Of a stretch of DNA of 64,000 nt, positions 17,199 through 24,415 are shown piece by piece. Made by a program: the position numbers and the translations under genes. Source of the stretch: an uncultured Candidatus Saccharibacteria bacterium (GTDB lineage: Bacteria; Patescibacteriota; Dojkabacteria; J137); contig CAZSKK010000002.1 of NCBI GenBank assembly GCA_964607415.1, forward strand, positions 288,585-352,584. Reading direction: 5' to 3'. The notes beneath the pieces are model-generated. The model was not told the origin of the DNA. It made no database searches and worked only from the letters and a program-made list of their open reading frames with translations. The first letter of the stretch is position 1. Every line of letters begins with the position of its first letter.

Positions 17199-19979
17199 AT
17201 GCTACCTAATGGTCCTTACAATTTCACCGAAGAAGAGGCACGGATTTTAGATTACTGGCTACAAAATGGTTTTTATAAACCTGAATACAACCCTAAGCAG
17301 GGTAGAGTAGTTAGTACTGAAGAAATGAAAAAAGATTCAAGAACTCCATGGAGTTTGATTTGCCCTCCACCAAATGCTTATGGAAGACCTCATATTGGAA
17401 ATCTTTCCGGATATGCTTATCAAGATGCCATGGCAAGATATGCAAGAATGCAAGGTAAAAAAGTTTTAATGATTCCTGGTAAAGACCATGCTGGGCTTGA
17501 AGGGGAAGGCGTGTTCGTACGTGATGTACTTGAAAAACAAGGTAGAAATAAATTTGATATGACGCGAGAAGAATTTTATAAAGAAATTTGGGACTTTAAC
17601 ATGCAAAATATGCAGCTAGCTTTAGCTGACGAAAAATCAATTGGACTTTCTGCAGACTTTGATAGAAATATTTTTACACTTGATCCCAAAATTGTTGATA
17701 CAGTTCTTTCTACATTTGTTCAAATGTATAACGAACAAATGATTTACAAAGGAGTGAGAATTGTAAATTGGGACCCAAAAGCCAGAAGTGCAGTTGCTGA
17801 TAATCAATGTATTAGAGAAGAACGCGATGGAACTTTATATACAATTAAATATCCGTTAGTTAGACTTCGATCTTGGAAACTAAATTTCAGAAAATCTGAA
17901 ATTTTAGAAAAAATTAGAACAGGCGAAAAAACAATTGAAACCAGAGCTTTAAATCCTGAAGAACCAGAAAGGTATTTTGGTGATATTAAAGCGGGAGATA
18001 TTTTAATTTGTATAGATAAATCTAGTGAAGAAAAAATGAGTGTTTATAAAAAAGTTAAGAAAGTTGAAAAGTTTGAAAGTTTAAAAGTTGCATTTGAAAA
18101 AGTAGAGTGGAGTAGAGTGGGGTTTGTACCAGAAAGTGCAGATGCGCTTTTGAATTCTTATAACGAAATGTTTGCTGGTTATGGAGATAAAATTAATCAA
18201 ACGGGTTTAGTTGCAATCGAACTTGAAGATCTAAATGATTCTGACTACATTACGATTGCAACAACAAGACCTGAGACAATTCCCGCTGATACTGCAATTG
18301 CAATGAATCCCGAAGACGAACGATATAAAGAATTTAGAAATTTTAAAGCAATAATTCCATTTACGGATAGGGAAGTCCCAATAATTTCTAGTTTCAGAGT
18401 TGATAAAGATTTTGGAACTGGATGCTTAAAGGTAACACCTGCACATGCGATTGAAGACTACTTAATCATGCAGGAATGGAACGGTAGTTTAGCAGAGAAC
18501 GGAGAGCTGATAGCTGATAGCCAAAAAATCTCCTACATCAACGTAATCGGCCAGGATCTGAAACTTTGCGGACCAGTTCCAGAAAAATACAAAGGCAGAA
18601 AATACAAGGAAGCTAAGTGTGACATGATTAATGAACTTACAGAAGCTGGACTTTTGATTAATGAAGAACACGTGAAACAAAACGTTTTAATTGCGGAAAG
18701 AACAAAAGCTCAAATTGAACCTTTAATATCTTCTCAGTGGTTTGTGGACATAGAAAAGATCAGAAAGCCAGTGATTGAAATGGTTAAAAGTGGAGAAGTT
18801 ACAATTCACCCAAAAAACATGGAACAAAAATTCTATTATTGGATGGAAAATTTAAGAGATTGGGCAATTTCTAGAAGTTTATGGTGGGGATACAGAATGC
18901 CAGTATGGTATGCAGGACCGATAGAGGAGAGGATAGATGCATATGGGAAGGTAGAAACGTGGATTCACCTCACCCCAACCCTCTCCTCAAAGGAGAGGGG
19001 GAACCATGCTGAAGGCATGGTGGGTGAGGCTGTTCCACTTGACCCAGCAAATGAAAACCACATGCGAGTTCAGCTTGAATCACCTGGAGAAAGGTGGATT
19101 CAGGACGAGAATGTTTTAGATACCTGGTTTAGTTCTGGCCAATGGCCGTATGCAACACTTGAAGCGTATGACTTAATGGATACCTTCTATCCAACAAGTG
19201 TTATGGAAACAGGTTTTGATATTTTGGAAAACTGGGTTTCTAGAATGATGATGTTCTCCTATATTAAACACAAACAAATTCCATTCAAAGATGTTTATCT
19301 TCATGGTTTAGTTTTAGGACCAGATGGACAAAAAATGAGTAAATCTCGTGGAAATCTTGTAAACATTGACGATGCAAAACGAGATTACGGTACTGACGCA
19401 ATAAGAATGGTTTACTTCTACCAAAATAAAGCTGGAAGTGATTACACAATGAGCAATGATAAGCTAAAGAATTTTAAGCAGTTTATGAATAAGATTTGGA
19501 ATGCATCCAGGTTTGTGTTAATGAACCAGCCTTCAGCTATCAGCCATCAGAATGAGATGCGAGCAGATAGCGCACAGCCGACAGCTGATAGCCTAAATTT
19601 AGAACTAAGTAAATTAATCATTACACATATCACTGACCTAAAAGAAAAAGTCACTAAAAACATCGAAAACTTTGAATTTGGCTATGCTACAGAAACACTT
19701 TACGAAAGTTTCTGGCACACCTTCTGTGACATATACCTAGAAGAGGCTAAAAAGCACCTTTACGCTCAAAAGAACAAAGAAACAGGTGAAATACTAAGTG
19801 AACCAGATGAAGCATCTAAAATCGAAATACAGCAAATTTTGATGTATACACTAAAAGAATATTTAAAAATGTTACATCCTTTTATTCCATTCATAACTCA
19901 ACGAATCTGGAACGAGGTTCCAAAGACTGATGAAGAGCACGAATGTTTAATGTATACTGGTTGGAATGGACAACCATAA
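17199..19979 (+). CDS. valS: Valine--tRNA ligase with inserted ASCH-like domain, lacking C-terminal coiled coil
   Basis: PPPN...HIGN, DHAG, TTRPET, GTG-x-x-KVTPAH, DWAISR-x-LWWG, DTWFSS, KMSKS. Confidence 0.96.
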   Translation: MLPNGPYNFTEEEARILDYWLQNGFYKPEYNPKQGRVVSTEEMKKDSRTPWSLICPPPNAYGRPHIGNLSGYAYQDAMARYARMQGKKVLMIPGKDHAGLEGEGVFVRDVLEKQGRNKFDMTREEFYKEIWDFNMQNMQLALADEKSIGLSADFDRNIFTLDPKIVDTVLSTFVQMYNEQMIYKGVRIVNWDPKARSAVADNQCIREERDGTLYTIKYPLVRLRSWKLNFRKSEILEKIRTGEKTIETRALNPEEPERYFGDIKAGDILICIDKSSEEKMSVYKKVKKVEKFESLKVAFEKVEWSRVGFVPESADALLNSYNEMFAGYGDKINQTGLVAIELEDLNDSDYITIATTRPETIPADTAIAMNPEDERYKEFRNFKAIIPFTDREVPIISSFRVDKDFGTGCLKVTPAHAIEDYLIMQEWNGSLAENGELIADSQKISYINVIGQDLKLCGPVPEKYKGRKYKEAKCDMINELTEAGLLINEEHVKQNVLIAERTKAQIEPLISSQWFVDIEKIRKPVIEMVKSGEVTIHPKNMEQKFYYWMENLRDWAISRSLWWGYRMPVWYAGPIEERIDAYGKVETWIHLTPTLSSKERGNHAEGMVGEAVPLDPANENHMRVQLESPGERWIQDENVLDTWFSSGQWPYATLEAYDLMDTFYPTSVMETGFDILENWVSRMMMFSYIKHKQIPFKDVYLHGLVLGPDGQKMSKSRGNLVNIDDAKRDYGTDAIRMVYFYQNKAGSDYTMSNDKLKNFKQFMNKIWNASRFVLMNQPSAISHQNEMRADSAQPTADSLNLELSKLIITHITDLKEKVTKNIENFEFGYATETLYESFWHTFCDIYLEEAKKHLYAQKNKETGEILSEPDEASKIEIQQILMYTLKEYLKMLHPFIPFITQRIWNEVPKTDEEHECLMYTGWNGQP
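18968..19029. repeat. Palindromic element translated in frame inside valS
   Basis: CCTCACCC..CCCTCTCC-tcaaa-GGAGAGGG..CCATGC-tgaag-GCATGG..GGGTGAGG, encoding LTPTLSSKERGNHAEGMVGE. Confidence 0.85.
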
Positions 19980-21159
19980 CTATCTAATTCGAAACTTTTA
20001 CATATTCAAATCTTTATTTAAGATTTTGGATCTTGGTCTTTGGGCTTTTTACGCAATTTTGCTTTACAAAATCACAGGTGATTTTAGAGTTCTACTTATT
20101 GAAGCGCTAATTTTTTATACATCGCTTTGGTTATTTTTTATACTTGGAAGCTTCTTTTTGAACCAGATAGGGTATATTCGTACTCTTAAAGTCTCTTTTT
20201 TCTTTTTTGCGCTTACAACATTTTCACTATTTATTTTTATAGATGATTTAAAATATCTTTTTTGGATTTTTGCTTTTTTAAGAGCAATTCCCAGAGGACT
20301 TTATCACCCAGTTGAAAATACATTTACCGTTAAAGAAATTCCAACAAACCAAAGAGTAATTTATATAAACTCATTTACCAGTTTTGAATTAGTTATGGCG
20401 ATTATTATTCCAGCGCTTGCTGGGCTTTTGATTAATTTTGATGAATCTTACAAATTTATATTTTTACTTGCAACTTTTCTTTATTTAGGGCTTGCAATAA
20501 GTACTTTGGATTCCGATAAAAAAAGTACCACAAAAGTTTCCATAAAAGAAATTATGTCGATTTTAAAAATGCGAAATTTTAGACTTTTTGCAGTTAGCGT
20601 TTCCTATAATGGCCTAATGGATGTAATTTTTGTTCTGATTTTCTCAATAGTTCCATTCTTGTTTTTGGAAAGCGAAATTAAAGTTGGCTTTTTAATGAGC
20701 GGAATATCCTTATTAGCTGCAATTTTTTCACTAGGAGAGATCAAAATTTCATTCAAAAAAAGAGTGCGGCTTGCATATTTTGGTTATTTAATTAAAGGAG
20801 GCCTAACAGTTGCTTTTGCATTTTTTTGGAATATTCCCGCGTTAATAATCAGAAGTGTTGGGCTTATGCTTTCTTTCTCGCTTTCGGATACTTTAGTAGA
20901 AGAACTAAATATCGATAACAAAGAACTTCAACTTGGAAAAGCGCGAGATGAATCTTCAATCGAGTTAAACATAATTTTAGAAACTATTTACTTTTTTACA
21001 AGGGTAATAGCTATTGTTCTGATTCTGATGATTTTATACATCTTAAATCAGGACTTTGAGAGGGCAATTAGAGTAATATTAGTAATATTCGGATTCTGGA
21101 ATACGCTTAGCATAACGATTCATTTATTATTGAGAAAAAGTTTATCAAAAAAAAGCTAG
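19966..21159 (+). CDS. MFS-type transporter
   Basis: About 12 hydrophobic segments in 397 aa; overlaps valS end. Confidence 0.75.
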   Translation: MDNHNYLIRNFYIFKSLFKILDLGLWAFYAILLYKITGDFRVLLIEALIFYTSLWLFFILGSFFLNQIGYIRTLKVSFFFFALTTFSLFIFIDDLKYLFWIFAFLRAIPRGLYHPVENTFTVKEIPTNQRVIYINSFTSFELVMAIIIPALAGLLINFDESYKFIFLLATFLYLGLAISTLDSDKKSTTKVSIKEIMSILKMRNFRLFAVSVSYNGLMDVIFVLIFSIVPFLFLESEIKVGFLMSGISLLAAIFSLGEIKISFKKRVRLAYFGYLIKGGLTVAFAFFWNIPALIIRSVGLMLSFSLSDTLVEELNIDNKELQLGKARDESSIELNIILETIYFFTRVIAIVLILMILYILNQDFERAIRVILVIFGFWNTLSITIHLLLRKSLSKKS

Positions 21160-21959
21160 TATAGTTTTTTTTCTTCTAAGAAATCTCTCAACACAATCCC
21201 ATCAGTCCGTGACTTAAATTCAGTTGCCAATTCATGTCCAACCCATCGGTAGTGCCATGCTTCGTAGATATACCCTGTTACTGCATCTTTCCCTTCAGGG
21301 TAAGAAATAGCAAATCCATATTTAAACGCGTTTTGACTTAGCCAATTCCAAATAGTCCAATTTGCCTGGCAGCTTCTATCAAAAAGTGTGCAGGTAGAGT
21401 CTGTTATATCTACTGCAGTTCCAAGCTGGTGCTCAGAATAACCAGGTTTTGCTGAGTACGTAGACACATTTGCTTCCGCTTGTTGGCTGGAGTTTCCAAG
21501 CGTCATTTCGTAATTTACCCATTGATCAAAAGTTGCAATCTGGCTTTCGTATGAGCGATAGCCTGAAACAACCTGCGGGGTTAATCCTGTAACTTTCATT
21601 TCATTAAACATTTCAACAAGATCTGTGTAAATACGCAAGTCAATTACAGGGGTTCCTTGTACAGAATTAGCCGTAACAACTTCAGGTACATAGTTATAAG
21701 GAAGAGGAGTATCTTTATCAACAGGATAGTAAATTATGCTTGCTTTATTAAGAACTAAATGTGAAAAAAAATCATTATCGTCTTTTTTAATAACTTCTTG
21801 TTTATTATTGTCTATTAAATTAATAAAGGTTTCCGAGTTTAATTCTCCTTTTTTTGCTTTTGTATAAATAAATCCAAAGAAAACAACAATGTAGGAAATT
21901 TGCAGCAATATTATTGTAAAAAGAACTATTGTGATTATTCTAGTTTTGATTATTTTCAT
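21156..21959 (-). CDS. D-alanyl-D-alanine carboxypeptidase (VanY/M15B)
   Basis: SGYRS, SA-x-PGYSEHQLG-x-AVD, EAWHYRWVG; N-terminal TM. Confidence 0.93.
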   Translation of the reverse strand: MKIIKTRIITIVLFTIILLQISYIVVFFGFIYTKAKKGELNSETFINLIDNNKQEVIKKDDNDFFSHLVLNKASIIYYPVDKDTPLPYNYVPEVVTANSVQGTPVIDLRIYTDLVEMFNEMKVTGLTPQVVSGYRSYESQIATFDQWVNYEMTLGNSSQQAEANVSTYSAKPGYSEHQLGTAVDITDSTCTLFDRSCQANWTIWNWLSQNAFKYGFAISYPEGKDAVTGYIYEAWHYRWVGHELATEFKSRTDGIVLRDFLEEKKLY

Positions 21960-22311
21960 TTAAACTTTTTTTAACAGCCTCAAGGCTCATCACAGCGCAT
22001 TTCATTCGGGATGTAGTTAAGGGTATTCCAAGAAGGTCCAAGATTACATCATAATCAAATTTTTTTACTTCGTCTATATTTTTATCAATAAGGAACTCGG
22101 TAAGTATTGATGCGCTTGCAATAGAGATAGAACAACCCTCACCTTCAAAAGAAGCTTCTTTAATTATTTCATTTTTAACTTTTAAAAAGATTTCAACTTC
22201 ATCACCACATGACAGATTTTGCATAAAGAATCTGTGAGTACTGTCATTCATTTTATAGAAATTTCTTGGATTTTGGTAATGATCTAAAATCTGTTGTTGG
22301 TATAAGTTCAT
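21940..22311 (-). CDS. Fe-S scaffold SufU/IscU-like protein
   Basis: ILDHY-x-NPRN, SCGD, GCSIS, RMKCA. Confidence 0.92.
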   Translation of the reverse strand: MNLYQQQILDHYQNPRNFYKMNDSTHRFFMQNLSCGDEVEIFLKVKNEIIKEASFEGEGCSISIASASILTEFLIDKNIDEVKKFDYDVILDLLGIPLTTSRMKCAVMSLEAVKKSLNENNQN

Positions 22312-22356
22312 AATAAAGAATTAAGAATTTAGGTTTGTTACTATTGCCCTTTTATT

Positions 22357-22968
22357 CTAAACCTCGCTTACTTCGTCACTTATTAATTCTTCTGAATTTA
22401 TGTATTCAAGGTAAAATTTAAAAACTTGCTCCAGATCATTATAACTTAATGACTTAAATTTCGAGTTTTCAGAATAATGTTTCCTTAACTCTGTAGCATT
22501 TTTTATGTCTTGATCCAGTAGTTCAGCAACCAAATTTTTTATGTTCTTTTTTTTAGTTTTTTGCTCTATGTAATTTGTTAATGAACTTAATTCCTGTTTT
22601 TTATTAAAGCCAAAATACAAATATCCATGAACAAATGTAATCATCAATGCCCAAAATATTAAACAAATAATTCCAACTGGAAATTGTGTATTAACAAGTA
22701 CTATTGCAAAACTTAAAGACGATATTCCTAAAATAATAGAGATACCTAATCCGTAATAATTAATTCTGGATTTATAGTATTTATGTACTGAGGGAATGTT
22801 TAGATGCTCGTGTGGAAGATTTTCAGCACTAAACACAAAAGAAAATGCAGATAAAAAATATACCAAAGCTATTATAGAGTCGACAAATTCTACCTTAAAT
22901 ATTTTTAAAGCAGAGTAAAGAAGTGCTGATAAAATAAAACCTAGTCTAAACCAGAAAAATCTTTTCAT
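22357..22968 (-). CDS. Hypothetical membrane protein
   Basis: Four TM segments plus soluble tail. Confidence 0.65.
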   Translation of the reverse strand: MKRFFWFRLGFILSALLYSALKIFKVEFVDSIIALVYFLSAFSFVFSAENLPHEHLNIPSVHKYYKSRINYYGLGISIILGISSLSFAIVLVNTQFPVGIICLIFWALMITFVHGYLYFGFNKKQELSSLTNYIEQKTKKKNIKNLVAELLDQDIKNATELRKHYSENSKFKSLSYNDLEQVFKFYLEYINSEELISDEVSEV

Positions 22969-22970
22969 CC

Positions 22971-23147
22971 TTATATATTTTGAAATCCATCAATGAATGC
23001 ATTCGGTATAAGCACGCCGTCAGGATCAATTTGAATGTTTTCAGAATCAAAAATATAAGTTACAAAACCAATTACAGCTAAAAAAAGAGCTAGAATTAAA
23101 AACATCACGGAAACAAAAAACTTCCAATACTGTTTTAGAGTGTCCAT
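22971..23147 (-). CDS. Small single-TM hypothetical protein
   Basis: MDTLKQYWK...; extended -10 TGtTAAAAT 6 nt upstream of ATG 23147. Confidence 0.55.
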   Translation of the reverse strand: MDTLKQYWKFFVSVMFLILALFLAVIGFVTYIFDSENIQIDPDGVLIPNAFIDGFQNI

Positions 23148-23195
23148 ACTCAAATTTTAACAGATATTGGAAGTTTAATTTTAAATTTGAAAATT

Positions 23196-23663
23196 TTATG
23201 CAAATTGAGAAAACGCTTTGTTTGCTTCTGCCATTCTTTGTACTTCTTCTTTCTTTTTGAAAGCAGTTCCTTCTTTTTTGAAAGAATTTACAATTTCTCT
23301 AGATAGTGCTTGCCATGAATCGCCTGATCCTCTAGAACTTCTAGCTGCACTTACAATCCATCTGATTGCTAAAGACTGTTGTCTTTCAGGTTTAACAGGA
23401 ACCGGTACTTGAAAGTTTGATCCACCAACTCTTTTTGATCTAACTTCTACTTTTGGTTTTACGTTTTCAATAGCTTTTTCTAAAACTTCTAATGCATTTC
23501 CTTTTGCTTTTTCACCAGCATCTTCCATTGCTTTGTATACAACTTTTTGTGCCACTTCCTTTTTGCCATCGATCATAACGTAGTTAATAAGTTTCGAAAC
23601 CAGTAAACTACCATAAATTTGATCAGCATAAATTTTTCTTTTTGGAGCTTGTTTTCCTCTCAT
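23196..23663 (-). CDS. rpsG: 30S ribosomal protein S7
   Basis: M-x-DGKK, EVRSKRVGGSNFQVP, MAEANKAF. Confidence 0.98.
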   Translation of the reverse strand: MRGKQAPKRKIYADQIYGSLLVSKLINYVMIDGKKEVAQKVVYKAMEDAGEKAKGNALEVLEKAIENVKPKVEVRSKRVGGSNFQVPVPVKPERQQSLAIRWIVSAARSSRGSGDSWQALSREIVNSFKKEGTAFKKKEEVQRMAEANKAFSQFA

Positions 23664-23805
23664 ATATATTAAGTTTATTCATCTTACTTCTCCTTTAGGA
23701 GAAGTCGATTGTGAACTTTGTTTCACAATCGGATGAGGTAATTTAAATTAAAGATAAAGTTACTTGTTCAACACATCTCGAAAAAGCATTCTGCTTTTTC
23801 ACCCC
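23664..23805 (-). repeat. Structured leader element, copy before rpsG
   Basis: Aligns over about 140 nt with 24273-24411; three hairpins with compensatory changes. Confidence 0.8.
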
Positions 23806-23831
23806 TCTCTAGAGGAGAATATATTCTTCTA

Positions 23832-24272
23832 CTATGCCTTCTTTCTTCCGTACCTACTTCTTGCTTGTCTTCTTGCATCTACTGGTGCTGCATCGTAAAC
23901 ACCTCTTACAACTTGATATCTTACACCTGGTAGGTCTGGTCTTCTACCTGCTTTTACAAGAACAACAGAGTGCTCTTGAAGATTGTGTCCCTCTCCAGGA
24001 ATATATGCAGTAACAACTTGCTTGTTAGATAATCTTACTCTAGCAATTTTTCTTAAAGCAGAGTTTGGTTTTCTAGGCGTCATAGTTTTTACAGCAATAC
24101 ATACTCCTCTTTTATAAGGATTAGACTTCTTAAAGTATTTATTTTTTATTGGGTTATAGTTAAAGTGTAAAGCCTTGTACTTTGTACTTTCAGAAAATAG
24201 TAGACCTTTAAATCGTACAGTTTTCTTTTTTGGCTTTCTTCCCTTTCTTACTAATTGAGAAACTCTTGCCAT
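23832..24272 (-). CDS. rpsL: 30S ribosomal protein S12
   Basis: [29 protein letters not shown]. Confidence 0.98.
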   Translation of the reverse strand: MARVSQLVRKGRKPKKKTVRFKGLLFSESTKYKALHFNYNPIKNKYFKKSNPYKRGVCIAVKTMTPRKPNSALRKIARVRLSNKQVVTAYIPGEGHNLQEHSVVLVKAGRRPDLPGVRYQVVRGVYDAAPVDARRQARSRYGRKKA

Positions 24273-24411
24273 ATATATTAAGGTTTATTCCACCAGCCTC
24301 TCCTGAAGGAGAGGTCAATTCTGGCTTTGTCCAGAATTGGGTGAGGTAATTAAATTAAAGATAATTTTATTATAAAACGCACTTCGGAAAAACATACTGT
24401 TTTCCCGCCCC
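24273..24411 (-). repeat. Structured leader element, copy before rpsL
   Basis: Aligns with 23664-23805. Confidence 0.8.
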
Positions 24412-24415
24412 AAAA

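Noticed and set aside
17862-18233. ValRS insert as an intein or intron
   Set aside because: No N-terminal Cys/Ser and C-terminal His-Asn splice motifs; the frame is continuous and the motifs match ASCH
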